Assembly: GCF_032191835.1 (NCBI RefSeq)
Contig: NC_083230.1
Location: forward strand, 89,962,001-90,026,000
Direction: 5' to 3'
Length of the DNA: 64,000 nt
Origin: Heteronotia binoei
Taxonomy: Eukaryota
Part shown: piece after piece, positions 14,983 to 28,755 of the stretch
Position numbering within the stretch: position 1 is the stretch's first letter
Layout of the letters: each line of letters begins with the position of its first letter
The notes under the pieces: generated by a model
What the model saw: the letters and a program-made list of their open reading frames with translations, nothing else
Databases searched by the model: none
Told to the model about the DNA's origin: nothing
Program-made: the position numbers and the translations under genes

Positions 14983-16870
14983 TCCCTTATCCATATGTAA
15001 AAGGCTTATCCAGGGGTTAATGAGGACTGCTGGAGGCGTGGCAAAGCCCCTGGTGGCTGGCTGGCTGCCCACTCTCCTAATCCAGGGATTGTTATGCAGC
15101 TGCACCTACTATTCAATGGACAAGGAAAGTGGTGAGGAAGAGGGGGAACTCTCAGAAAGGTTGTAAATAAACTGATTTTTGCAAATGGATAAACTAATTT
15201 TAATACAGTAACATTTTATGGCCAGATAATCTATTTCTATAATTTTAGAGTCAGAGGAGAGGTTAGAAATATGTTTATCTTTTAGATTCTTTTCTTTTTT
15301 AAAGAAGTTTTTTTCTGTGTTTCCCAATGAAATCCTTTTTGATGCTAAGTGCTCTACACCAGTGCTGTACTGAAACTTCATTATGTGCTAGTAATATTGA
15401 ATAGAAATTAGGAGAGTTTGGGAAGATCCCACAGTCAGGAGTGGTAATCAGCTTGCACCATGAATATTCCTTTGCAAGTAATCTCTAAAAAAACCTGATC
15501 TGTGCTTTGGAGTACATTTGTTCTGTGGGGGCTCAATGGCAATGAAACATCTCTGTGGCAAATCCCAAAGGAGATTCCTCAGAACTCACAGAATCCTAGC
15601 CACATACCCCTGTGCCTCTTTAATTAGTTCCCAACCTTCACATCCTCTCCACACAAATGCACACACAACCTTCACAATATTTCACTTTCAATATGGGCAG
15701 CCATTCTTGCTTTAATTTCCAGTTAGTTTGCCACTCATACTTTTGAAATCATTGACTATAATCTTCAATCAGTCCATCAGTGATTTATTATGCTCATGGA
15801 TGAGGAGAAGAAAACACATATTAATGTTTCCATTAAATATATATATATATAAAAGCAAATATATGTCACTGAACTAACACTGTACCTTGGAAGCCTCTGG
15901 TGCCTGCACAGAATCTGTCAACTCTATCTGAGGTTCTATAGCAAAAGATTCACTCCCATATATCCCATCAGAGAACCTGAACTTAACACATAAAATGGCT
16001 TTGCCTCTGAAAAAAAGGTTTAGCAACAGAGTTCTCCTGGATTCATCTTATTAAAGGGTGATTTGCAACCTTTAATTCTAATAATACAAAAGAATAAGGG
16101 GATGAGCATGGTTCTTTTAATGTAGCCAGCAAACCAGATAGAACACCTGCAAAAATTTTTATCTTTTATTAAGATTTTATTTTATTTTCTTTATTGAGCT
16201 TGACAGGATGAAATACAAATATAAAAAGTTAACCCTATGATTACTGTGAAAATACATGCTAAAATTATCAAAGTGCCTAGCATTGCTTTTTGCAAGTAAC
16301 AGTTTTAAAAGCAAATCTGATTTCAGCTGTCTCATTGTTTTTAGGGAATATAACAAAGCCCAGGTTATCCACAAGTAATTTCATCTATTCTTCTTCTAAA
16401 ACTTCCATCCAAAGAAATCTGATTTGCTTGTCACAGGAGCACATATTTATAGAGAAATATCAGTTCTTATCTCTAAATCTTGTCTACCACAATAATGTGG
16501 CATTAGTTAGATAATGGATTGGTTCGTAACTAAATAAGAGATAAGTGCTGATTATCTAACATAATCTTGTGATGTTACCTAGATAACTGACTTGTTCAAA
16601 ACTAAATAGGAGATAAACAGCAGGTACTGAATAAAATAATCTGCAAGATCATATGATATACATCTGATAAGGCAAAATAAAACCAATCTCAGCTTTTAGC
16701 CTCTATTAAAAAACGGCTAATCCACCTTTTTCTGTAACTGCTTCAACTAACTGTCCAAGATGAAAGTAACCTGTTCATGGACAATTAAAATGTGACTGAG
16801 CTCTTGGCAAGTTTGCAAACTCAGCAAGAAAAGCTTAGTGATATCATAGCTACCGGTACAGTTCCAGATT

Positions 16871-16990
16871 AAGAACATAAGAGAAGCCATGTTGGATCAG
16901 GCCAGTGGCCCATCGAGTCCAACGCTCTGTGTCACTCAGTTACCAAAAAAACCCAGGTGCCATCAGAAGGTCCATCAGTGGGGCCAGGTT
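16871..16990 (-). mobile_element. CR1-type LINE 3' end
   Basis: aagaacataagagaagccatgttggatcaggcc...gtccaac, the reverse complement of a CR1-like 3' terminus ending TTCTTATGTTCTT. Confidence 0.6.
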
Positions 16991-17085
16991 ACCCATTCAT
17001 TGCCTTCAAAAAGAAAGAAGTATACCATTCCTCTGATCTTCCCAGGATTTTTTTGGAGGTTGGGCATAATAAACATATATCTAAG

Positions 17086-17108
17086 ATTATTATTATTATT
17101 ATTATTAT
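17086..17108. repeat. (ATT)7 microsatellite
   Basis: Direct reading. Confidence 0.9.
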
Positions 17109-17171
17109 AAAAGGGGCAATGCAGCAGCATATGTCCAGCTGTTTCAATTTCCACAGTATAAGTGCTCCTGA

Positions 17172-17701
17172 TAGGGTTGCCAAGTCCATTTCAAGAAATA
17201 TCTGGGGACTTTGGGGGTGGAGCCAGGAGACTTTGGGGGTGGAGCCAGGAGACATTAGGGGTGGAGCCAAGGTCAAGGCTGTGACAAGCATGATTGAACT
17301 CCAAAGGGAGTTCCGGCCATCACATTTAAAGGGACGGCACACCTTTTCAATTCCGTCCTTCCATAGGAAATAATGAAGGGTAGGGGCACCTTCTTTTGGG
17401 GCTCATAGAATTGGACCCCCTGGTTAAATCCTTTTGAAACTTGGCGGGTATTTTGGGGAGAGGCACTAGATGCTATACTGAAAATTTGGTGCCTCTACCC
17501 CAAAAACAGCCCCCCCCAGAGCCCCAGATACCCGCAGATCAATTCTCCATAATTTTCTATGGGAATAAATCTCCATAGGGAATAACAGAGTTCCCAGCAG
17601 ACATTTCCCTCCCCTCCCCCCACTTTCTGATGACCCTGAAGCAGGGGGAGGGTCTCCAAACCGGGGGATCCCCTGCCCCCACGTGGGGATTGGCAACCCT
17701 A
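17172..17701. mobile_element. hAT (Blackjack-like TIR) non-autonomous element, 530 bp
   Basis: TAGGGTTGCCA...TGGCAACCCTA with perfect 8-bp TSD GCTCCTGA; an inverted, internally deleted relative lies at 60583-61055. Confidence 0.92.
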
Positions 17702-20111
17702 GCTCCTGAAGTGGCACACCAGGGTATCTCCCTTCTAATGAAACAGATGGAAGAACACAGAGACAAGCCAAAGCTATCCTGTGCTTGAGAATAAAATGTC
17801 TCATTCCTGAAGTGATGGTATTTTGCAGCAGAATATGCCTCTGTTCAATGGAACTGTGGAAGAAAGCAGGGGCAAAAGAGCTGTATTGTCAAGAGCGGTG
17901 CTTTCCTCAGCAAAGAGGCCTGATGATTTACTGTGCCTGGTTGTGAAGCTTCACAAAGGAATATGGGTATGCTAAAGACAATACATGAGCACAACTCACA
18001 AAGGATGGTTCAACAAAATTAAGGGAACAAGAGAAGCTGTCAAGATGTTATTCATGTTGAATTTTCCACCCAAGTTTTGAAGGGAGTATCAGACAAATCA
18101 TTAAAAGAAGAACATTCTTGCTCCCAAGCCTGCAGGCCTTGGATAGGCTCTACAGACTAGCTGTGTTTGATGGAGGCCTCTGTCTTTCAGCAGTAAACCA
18201 GGCCAGCAGCAGCAGAAAAGGTGAACAGAAAGAGCTCTCTGTTGCTCAAGATTGTGTCCTAATATATATAAATGTGGTACGTCCACAGTCCAAGACAAGG
18301 ACTGAGCCATGTGGTTCACTAAAATAGAAGTACTAGACAAGAGAACCATTCCCCAATCCAGATTTTTAAAATCCAAGACAGCAGCCTTTATTAGGCAGCG
18401 TAGACTACCATACTTAATAACTCCATTGTCTTGTTAAGCAACTGGTCATCTGGGAGCAATGCTTCCACTCTCCACTGAATCCGCATAGCCTGTTCTCCTT
18501 TCCTTTGGTGAATAAAGATGAGTAATAAGTGACAAAGCTGGCCAAATTTCAGAACTCTCAGTGTGGTAGCCACGCTTGCCAAGACTTAAGAAAATTTCAT
18601 TTTGAACTGTGATAGACTTATTCCTCTCGATGAACTTTGACTGCATTCTTGAGAATAGATATCTGCATAGCACTTGAGGTTCAGATGCCCCTTTGAAAAT
18701 CAAAATTGCTCTGCTGGAATTGCTTAAATTAACTCTGCTGGACTGGAAGTCTAAAACATTGACGGAATGTTAGAACATTCATTGACTTTTACTCACAAAA
18801 AGGATGGACTAAAATGTGACAGGCAGAGAGCCTGAAAAGGACTGCCTTAGAGACTGTTTTGCTTTATCCATGCTTGTTCATTACCTGCCATCCCTTTGAA
18901 ATAAAATTTAGAAAAAGGATGTGTTGCTCCAAGCTCATTTTTATTATCTGTTGGAAAATGAGCTTGTATTAGAATTCTCCCTCTTCCATGTGGACAAAGA
19001 TCGGCTTGTTTAGGTAACTGGGAAACTAGCATCAGTTGGCAGTCTTTGCTCCTGTCATGTCTCCCCTAAAGGGAAGACTGTAACATCTGGACTGCATCTG
19101 TGATGAACAAGACCAGTTGAAATACCAAAAACAAAGATAAATGACACAATTGGATGAGCACCTCAGTTGTTCCAAAGTGATCATGTCTACAGAATTGCAC
19201 TGCTGGCCTTGTGCATATAGGAAGCCATCTGCTTTCATACATTGCATCAAGCCCTGATAATACCAAGATTAGCCATGTTGTGATGCAAAGAAATCCATAT
19301 TTTGCTCCTGTATTTCCTCTGAACTCCAAAATATCACAAATATTATCTTTTTTGTTCTGACTTTTTTTGCTCCAAACTAAACTGAATCATAGAACATGAA
19401 AATACCAAAACCAAATGTATCTTCTTCATCATCATTTAGTTTTTGCCTCATTAAAGGCTCTTTGGATTATGTCTGTTCTCTACAGCTAATAACCCATTCA
19501 ACATTTGGACAACATTCTATTGCTGAGTTTGTTAGGTATTCCAGCAAGGAGAAATTCTTCTCTCCCTCTCTCATGATTCCCATTGACAGCCTATCCCGGT
19601 GTTAACACATGCCTTGAGTAGTTATGGGTTCTATGTAATGGTCACATCTGTCTGTCTTTCTGTCTGCAGCTTCACAAGACATCTCCTATTTGCCCCCATG
19701 TCCTCTCTGTACTTGGGTTAATCTTCTTTGATCATTCTTTTCTGCAGAACAATGAAACTACATGATGGAGCATCAGTCATGAGCTTGGTTTATACTGACT
19801 TATTTATGGCTTTGCTCCACAGTGCTTGCGCTTCACAGTAAAACCACCTGGATGTGCCACTATAACTATCTGTATTTTTTTCTATTCCTCAAGGTTGATG
19901 AGGTTATATCTTTTAAAATAATAAGTGAGATATGCATGTATACAAATATATGAATTAGCAACTATGTGACCACATATTTTTAGGTTTAAAAAAATGAATC
20001 AGAATTTATGCTGTCCTTAAAATACAAGAGAGGACAGAGTTGATATACCCCACCTTGTAACCAAATGCTGAAACACAGTTCTAAAGATTTAGGGAGTGGT
20101 AAAACAGCACA

Positions 20112-20470
20112 TACCCCAGGCTAGCCTAATCTTGTCAGATCTCAGAAGCTGAGCAGGGTTGGCCCTGGTGGTTAGTATTTGGATGGGAGACCACCAAAGA
20201 AGTCCAGGGTAGCTACATAGAGGTAGGCAATAGGAAATCACTGAACATCTTATCTTGAAAACCCTTCAGGTAGGACTTTTTTCATGGGGAATGTGGAAGA
20301 ATGGAGTTCTGGACATAGGAAGACCTTTTTTTTAGGGGGGGGGGTTGTTCTGAGAGGCACCTGTGTGTTTCTCCTTCATTTCCCTCTTGAGAGTTCCAGC
20401 ACATCTTTTTTTCAGAAAAAAAGCCCTGCTTACAGCATTGCAATCAATCAGCTGTGACTTGATGGCACTT
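20112..20470 (+). mobile_element. 5S rRNA-headed SINE (5S-Sauria-like) interrupted by a hAT-like MITE at about 20272-20428
   Basis: Head matches the 5S internal promoter region (gatctcagaagct...gttagtatttggatgggagacc). The tail gctgtgacttgatggcac resumes after an insert ending AAAAAAGCCCTG. Confidence 0.75.
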
Positions 20471-20486
20471 TCCACCACTCATGATC

Positions 20487-20670
20487 ACATGCCCTGATCT
20501 CAGAAGCCAGATTGGCTGTGGTTAGTACTTGGATGGGAGACCACCAAGGAAGTCCACGGTTATTCCGTAGAGGAAGGCAATGACAAACCACCCCTGTTCC
20601 TCTCTTGCTCTTAAAACCCTACTAAGTGTAACCATAAATCAACTGTGACTTTAGGGCACTTTCTGTCACA
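20487..20670 (+). mobile_element. Second 5S-headed SINE copy in tandem
   Basis: gatctcagaagc...gttagtacttggatgggagaccaccaaggaag followed by the same tail. Confidence 0.75.
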
Positions 20671-22820
20671 CTCCAAACTGAAAAGAATCCTTAGATAGCA
20701 TCCAGCACATCATACATTCACTGCAGACAAATATGGGGGACACTGAAGGAGAATAAAAAATGGGGCTGACAATGCACTTCTGTTATGTATACAACTTACT
20801 GTACAAGTTACCAGGGCAAACACTGGGATTGGGGAACCTCAGGGAAAATACAACCTTTGATAAGGTCCTCAGAAATCAACTTCTGTTCTAAAAATATCAC
20901 TGGGACTTACTTGTAGTTACTTATGTGTTTAAAATAACTAATTTGTAGTTAACTGTGGGAGGAAAGTAGGAGGGTACTGTAAAGCTGTCTACAGAGGGAT
21001 CCTACTTGAATGACAGGATTTTCTCTGCCATTTCCACAGGCTCTTTCCTTTTCTTGTAGGTTCTCTAGTATAATTCAGTACATAAACTGAATAAAAATTG
21101 ATTAAGTGCTGCTCTGGAAGACTGCTCATACATGATTAAGAAACATGTATATATATATATCATTAATATTAGTCAACATTTGCAAGCTGGGGAAGCCCAA
21201 GAGGTTAGAGATAACAGTTAGAGGTAATGAACGGTTTGACAAAATCGGCTTTCATGTTAGCTGGAGTTATGCTAAGACATTTCCACAACACAGCACAATT
21301 AATCACAGGTGATATACAAATTGTCCCTTAGCAGCAACTGGGAGTAATGCCAAGGTTCTACTTTAAAAGAACTTTTTCAACTTTGTGTACAGAGGGCTCA
21401 GATCCAGGAAGAGAGTCTAATCCGTGGAGATCAGACTAGAAAAGGGCACAACTAACATCAGAGCATGAGATGTCTAATTTAAGTCTCCGCATCTCTCCCA
21501 CCCCCCTGTTTTTACCAAAAACAATAGGCATTTGTGAATCCACTGCTGAAATATCCTTTGGCAGAAATTATGACTAAGAATATATAATGTTAGTCTTCAA
21601 ATGAATCCATGCTGCTATACACGATCATTGTAAAACTCATTAATTGCACATTATGGGTTGGGTCCAGCAACTTTTAAAACTCAGTCTCACCTGATTTCCC
21701 TCCTTACTACATTCCCCACCCTCCATGGATCTCAGCATAGCCTTTTTAGATGGTCAAAGGGGATCCCTCCTCTCCTTTTCCCTAGTGGAAAAGCTTGCTG
21801 GATCCAACCCTATATTAGCATGCCACTCAGGTATACCTGATGTTCGCTTCTCATATGGAGAATGCAAGATGTACATTTATGAAGAATTCGGATCCTGGTT
21901 ATTCTGAACTGTTTAGACACAGAAGTACTGAAAATGATCACAGGTACTACTATATGCCACAGCTACAAGCACACACAGGAACTTGCCTCTGACAAAATTA
22001 ACCAAAGGTTGGAAGCAGAGGTTGCTATGCCTCTTTGCCACAAAGTGTTAGAAACTTTGTCCACAGTAGTCAAATTAATTCAAGGGAATGACTCTTAGTA
22101 AAGCATACAATTTTTAATGCTTCTGTACTGTACAGAATAAAGTGAATATGTGAACAATTCACTGAATTTGATTTCTTCTTTAAGAAATCTCATTTTCAGG
22201 TATTCTTTTGTTTTGTTCCAGACATAACTACACCAAAGTAGTACTATAAAAGGAATAATGTGCTTTTAATGAATAGAATTCAGAGGAATATAATAGTAAC
22301 AACTTTTCTAAAAAAAATAACTATTTGCTGGTTTTTAAGGTCTACTGCAGACCAACACAGCTACACACTATGCCACTTGACAGAGTGAAACAATTAGTGT
22401 TGACAACCGAGGGGAAATGGTGGTGGGGGATCCATGGCGCAATTCATCATCTCCCAGATACTTAAGATATAATGGAAACATTTCATTTCCCTCTTATTTT
22501 ACTATGGCCCAATTTGACACAGCGAGACAGCTATGTCTGCTCCACTAAAGTTTAAAAAAAATACAAAAATGAGTGCTCAGGTGAGAGAAGTGAAACCTCC
22601 CATTTTCCCCAGGTGTTAGTTTAAGCATGACCTCCCAGTCTGGTTTGCTTCCAGTTTTGAAAAGTGCTTCCAAGCAATGAAAATCTGAGATGCTTATGGT
22701 GGGGCAGTGAGAAATACATGAAAAAAACCCATGGTGCCACCCTGTCACATCTACATTGGCCTAAGCAATTGTGCATTTAATGTTCTTCAAGTGACAAAGT
22801 TTAGGCTTGATACATTAGTG

Positions 22821-23008
22821 CAGGGCTTTTTTATAGCAGGAACTCCTTTGCATATTGGGCCACACACCCCTGATGTAGCCAATCCCCCAAGATCTTACAG
22901 GGCTCTTAGTACAGGGCCTACTGTAAGCTCCAGGAGGATTGGCTTAGATTGGTTTATAGGGGTGTTTGGCCTAATATGCAAAAGAGTTCCTGCTACAAAA
23001 AAGCCCTG
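22821..23008. mobile_element. Palindromic MITE (CAGGGCTTTTT termini)
   Basis: Long inverted arms gcaggaactcctttgcatatt and aatatgcaaaagagttcctgc. Confidence 0.8.
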
Positions 23009-23024
23009 AGTATTGCATATACTT

Positions 23025-23305
23025 CAGAGACCTGTGGCGCAGAGTGGTAAAGCTGCAGTACTGCAGTTGGAGCCCTCTGCTCACGACTTGAGTTCGATCC
23101 CAGAGGAAGCTGGTTCAGGTCGACTCAGCCTTCCATCCTTCCAAGGTCGGTAAAATAAGTACCCAGCTTGCTGGGGGGGAAGTGTAGATGACTGGGGAAG
23201 CCAATGGCAAACCACCCCGTAAAAAGTCTGCTGTGAAAACGTGAAAGCAACGTCACCCCAAAGTCGAAAATGACTGCTGTTTGCACAGGGAACTACCTTT
23301 ACCTT
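23025..23305 (+). mobile_element. Sauria SINE (tRNA head, Bov-B/RTE-like tail)
   Basis: A box gtggcgcagagtgg, B box gagttcgatcc, (ACCTTT)n tail; 14-bp TSD TATTGCATATACTT at 23011-23024 and 23306-23319. Confidence 0.9.
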
Positions 23306-24399
23306 TATTGCATATACTTAAACTTACTCCCTTCAAAATATTCTAACTCAAATCTTCCTTCAACTCCCCTCCAGCACCACTGAGCTGTACATCTTTATTA
23401 GCAACATGATCTATATACTGTGCATATCAAAAAGAAACTGCCCTGGCTTCATCTAAAGAGATTCAACATGAATGGGCATATATAAGTTTCCCCCACAAAG
23501 ACTTGGCATGGAATTTCAAATAGTTCTGGATTCCACCCTCCCTCCCTCCAAGTAACTGTCTAATGGGTATTTCAGAAAACCTAAGGCACAACCTAAAGCC
23601 CCCACTCGGAGTTAGTTTCCACACAGGGACCAGCTTGTGAGGTTTCCCTGTTGCTGCTGTGGTTTCCAATACAGTGCAGCATCTATGATGTTTCCACACA
23701 GCAGGGGTTCTTTAAAATGAAAGTTAGGAGTTCAGAGAACTTGATAGGCAGATTGTCATATCACAACAAGGATATGACAATGGTCACAGTGGGAAATGGC
23801 TCCTATGGAAACTAGGGCAGGAAAAATGATACTAGTGTGGGCACGAATGAGAAGGTCCAGACTTTCCTGTCCATGTAATTGCTATCCTGACTTTGCTGTG
23901 ATTTTTGCCAACACACGTCAGTAAATTGGATTTTGGAAAGACCAAGGAAATCCTAGGATGTACATGGAAGCACCATAATGCTTTGGGGAAATGGAAGGAA
24001 AACAAAACACTTCCCCAACAACATTCAAGCCAGAGCAACAACAACAAAAATGTGCAGGTGACCTTAGAAAGAGTACTAAATGTGCAAGAAGATATTCTTG
24101 GGAACTGAAAACTGTAACAAAAAGTTCTAAATACATTCAACATAGTGCCCTTTTTGTGCTGCTCTAAATAACCAGCTGGATAAGGCTATTCTTTCAGCTC
24201 ACTTACTTCTCAGCCCTGTCCTTCCCATCTCTGAAGTCCTACCACAAGGCTTCAGCTTCTGTTCCCGCCCCCGCCCCCACTTGTCACCGTCAGTGTCACT
24301 ATTAAGCTGTCCTTGCAGTGACTGGAAATTGTCATCTCTCTCTCTCTTTCTTGTATTTTTGTGTGTATGTGCATGCGCACCTGGAAGTCATGGTGACTG

Positions 24400-24548
24400 G
24401 GGGCCTGGAGGATATTCAGAGAGGTGGCTGTCCTCCCAACTACTGGTATTTCAAGGAGGGTTCCCATCCAAATACTTGCTAGAGTAGACCCTGCTAAGCT
24501 TCCATGATCTGATGAGATCAGGCTTGCCTGGGCTATCCAGGTCAGAGC
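24400..24548 (-). mobile_element. 5S-headed SINE, degenerate
   Basis: Reverse complement of the 5S box region (cccatccaaatac...gatctgatgagatcaggc). Confidence 0.6.
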
Positions 24549-24668
24549 AGCTCTTCTCTTTTTTTTGAGGGGGGGCAGGACCAATCCACACCTTAATCTG
24601 TATTCTGTAAATCTGGGGTTGAGCAGGGAAAAAATGCTACATGCATGTACACAGGTGAATTGCAATCA

Positions 24669-24920
<252 letters not shown>

Positions 24921-25305
24921 TTAATTTTTTAAAAAAGATCATGAAGATTTTCATCTTTCTCAAACATCCATTAATGAGAAAGCACACACACACCCATCTT
25001 GGAAAATACGCTAGAGTCCCATCCTATATATACCATCTCCTCTGCTACAGTCACAATTTTCCAAACTAGCTTTAGACCCCAGTATTTCTGAAGTACTTCT
25101 AATTTCTGAAATACAGAAGATGGATGGAGAAATGCTTCCTCTAATGGAAGAAAGTCTTTCTTTGTTGAATAAAGTCTCCTTCTGTTGAAGAAAGTCTTGG
25201 TGGAAGGCAGTTATGGGATCCAGTTCAGCTGAAGAGAGTCATAGGATCCAATCTGAGGCTGGAAAGACCCAGGTTCAAATCCCTCATCTGACATAGATGC
25301 TTCTA

Positions 25306-25665
25306 CAAGGGTCCCCAGCACAGTGCCTATGGGTGCCATGGTGCTCACCAAAACCTTTCCTGGTGCTCACTAAATGTGTTAAGAAAGTGGGTGGGAGAGG
25401 TGTGACTTTTGCCCAGCAAGGCTTCTGATTGGCCATTGGAGATTTGATTGGCTGTGTGGATTTTTAAAAACTTTGTCTTGGCAGCAGTTGCCACCACAGC
25501 ACAAGGATCTTCACAGTGTGACTGAATATAAGCTGTGGCAGCCATCTGGCAGCTGGATCTGCCTCTTGCTGCAACCATTTTGTGGCAGCCATTTTGAGCT
25601 TGTGCCTACCACACTGTTTCAGAATTCCAAAGTGCCCACAGGCTGAAAAAGGCCGAGGATCCCTG
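25306..25665. mobile_element. hAT Charlie-like MITE
   Basis: Degenerate TIRs caagggtcccc and ggatccctg, with TTCTACA at both flanks. Confidence 0.55.
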
Positions 25666-26382
25666 TTCTACAGGGTGACTTTCATCTAGTCACACCCTAT
25701 CAATCTAAACCACTAGTGGAGTTGGGAGGATAAAATGTGGAGGGAAGTCCTTAGATGGGATAAAAATGGAAACTATCACATTACATCCAAGGACTTCCCT
25801 TTGCATTTAGATATTTAGATCTATCTATTCTACTTACCATTGAGATATTTTGATGATTATGAAGCTGATATTAACAAATATTTAAACAAGACATTGTTTG
25901 GTCTATTTTAGTATATCCTTCCCATAAATACGGTTTCTGAAAGGCATGCAACTATGGACACATATCAGTGTTACATAATTGTTTTAAAACATTGTGCTAT
26001 ATTTGAATATATGCATATTAATCACAGATTTATTAAACTTTGTTTCTTCACAAAAAATAACTCCCCTTTGAAATGTGTCAGAAATAAAACACTTAAGTGG
26101 GGAACCTTCAAGGACTTGTGTGAGGCATCTCATATTCCCCTCCCCTACTATTTCTTCTTTCCCTTCTGTGAAAGCCCCCACAGTCTTTTGCCTCTTCCTG
26201 CCTCCTCCTTTCTTTCCCAACCACCAGCCATCTTACTTTTATCTCCCACCATCTTAAGTTTTCCCTCCTTCCATACCTCCAGGCAGCCTCTGCCTGGGAA
26301 AACTATGACCCAATTGTGCAATGCTGGCTGCCAGGGGAGGGGGGTAGTGGCATAGTGGGAAACCTGCAAGGACTTGCATAGG

Positions 26383-26659
26383 TGTTGTGTACTGAATTTA
26401 GTGTTTCACGATGGCTTCATGTGCTTCTGAGCTACTGTGGGAAACCGCAGTATACCTTGATGGACTGATACTACTTGAAGGAACCAATGAGCGGTTGTGG
26501 CGGGAAAATTGACCACAGCGATTTGGTATGGACTCAGGGGAGTATTCTTTGCATGTTATATAAGTGGAGTCTCAGCCCCGCCATGTTGTCTTTTTGAATG
26601 CAGTAGCAATAAAGCATGTCATGTGTTGAACTCCACTGCATCAAACTCACTATTTAACA
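26383..26659 (+). mobile_element. Solo LTR (277 bp), probably Gypsy-type
   Basis: TGTT...AACA termini; 5-bp TSD ATAGG/GTAGG; CCAAT (26484), TATATAA (26557) and AATAAA (26608) in LTR order. Confidence 0.6.
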
Positions 26660-27099
26660 GTAGGGTACCTCATCTTCCCCTGCATCCCCCTCCACACATA
26701 TTTCCTTTTCCCTGTCCTCCTGGTAACCCTTATATCTACCTTTCCCTGCTTCCTTCCCACCCACCTGTTTTATCTTTCCCCTCCATCTTGAGCTATATTT
26801 ATTATTTACTTCATTTGTACTCCAGCTTTCTATACAATGGGCACTCAAAGCAACTTATATCATTCTCTCCTCCATTTTATCCTTACAAAAACACTATGAT
26901 ATAGATTAAGCGAAAGGTAGGTAAATGGCCCAAGGTTACCCAGTGAGCTTCCATGGCAGACTGGGGATGTGAATCTGGGTCTCCCAGATTCTAGTCTGAA
27001 ACTCTGACGCTACACCACACTTTATTTTGAGGGTGGCTGCTGTTGAACAACAGCAAGCAGTCAGGCCTGGGTGAGTTATACCAGTTGGATGCTAGCAAG

Positions 27100-27885
27100 C
27101 AGGGCTGGCCCTAGGGCACATGGCGCCCCAGGCAGACTCACTGCCTGCCGCCCCCCTCCACGGTGCCTGCCCCGCTGCTGGCACGGGGGACAAGTGAGGG
27201 CCCTGGTGGCTTGAGGGCTACAGGATCCTTCCCTGGCTCCCTAGCCTCCCCCCCCCCATTTCAATGCCTGGGAAGAAGCAGTGGAGCACCATGCTTCCCA
27301 AGCTATTTAAAGTCCCCCCCCCCCTCCTCTGTTCAGCTGATTGGCAGGTAAAATGGCTCCAGTGTTCTCACGACTCCTATGCCATGCAATCACTATCATT
27401 AGTGCAGGGTTGAGGGGGCAGCAGCAGTGGGAAGGACCAGCGAGCTGCTGAAAGAGTGCCTGCCGCCACTGCCTCCTCCCCCCTTCCTTCCCATGTGATC
27501 CAAGAAGGAAGGGGTTGAGGCAGTGGTGGCGGCTGCTCTTTTGGTGGCTCACTCATCTTTCCCACTGCTGCTTCCCCCTCAACCCCACACTGATGATAGT
27601 GATCATGCCAGAGGGCTGGCACAGGAGCTACAAGCCTCCAGTGCCTTTTTTACCAGCTGATCGGCTACGGGGCTTTAAATAGTCAAGAAGCACGGCGCTC
27701 CACCACCCCTTCCCGGGCATTGAAATGGGGAGGAAGGGAGGGAGGAGGAGGCTGGGAAGCACAGGCCTCAGGCAAACGAGGGATTTGTCTAGGGCATGGA
27801 GAGGGGGGAGGGCCAAATCTGACGTCCCCACCCTGCCGGCACCCTAGGCAAATGCCTAATTTGCCTAGTGGGCTGGCTGGCCCTG
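27100..27885. mobile_element. Foldback hAT (Tip100-like TIR) element, 786 bp
   Basis: CAGGGCTGGCC...GGCCCTG termini; TSD CTAGCAAG/ATAGCAAG; internal inverted arms at about 27257-27471 and 27520-27730. Confidence 0.75.
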
Positions 27886-28311
27886 ATAGCAAGTTGTTCA
27901 GTGGGCTGGCTGAGCCTGTCCCCAGTGAGTCTTCCTAAGATCAGAATTGTTAAGAAAGGATTCCAGTATTGTGGAGAGATCTCTGCACTAATTGTAAGCA
28001 TGCACTACAGCCTGCTGGCATTGGTATACAAGAGATATTTGTAGATAAAAATGTGCACCGTTCATGAGAGAGGCAAAAAGAAAATTCACATTAGTAAGGA
28101 AAAAAAAAAAAGCCAGCAGTGTTCATGATAACAACATCTGAGCCTGTGCTTCAATATGATCAGGCCTGAAAATTAACATCACCAGGTTCAAATACAGGAG
28201 ATGATTCCCAAATAACTGATCTCAAAGTGTGAAAGGAAAGATAATTTTTTTAGTGTTGTTAAGTTTTGTTTCAAGATTTCAGTGTTTTTCTGCATTCTCA
28301 GACAATATTTA

Positions 28312-28755
<444 letters not shown>

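Noticed and set aside
20112-20670. 5S rRNA genes
   Set aside because: Only the internal 5S segment is present, diverged and fused to a SINE tail. The same applies at 24400 and 53263.
23025-23110. tRNA genes (A/B boxes here and in the Squam-like heads)
   Set aside because: No cloverleaf; these are SINE heads with tails and TSDs.
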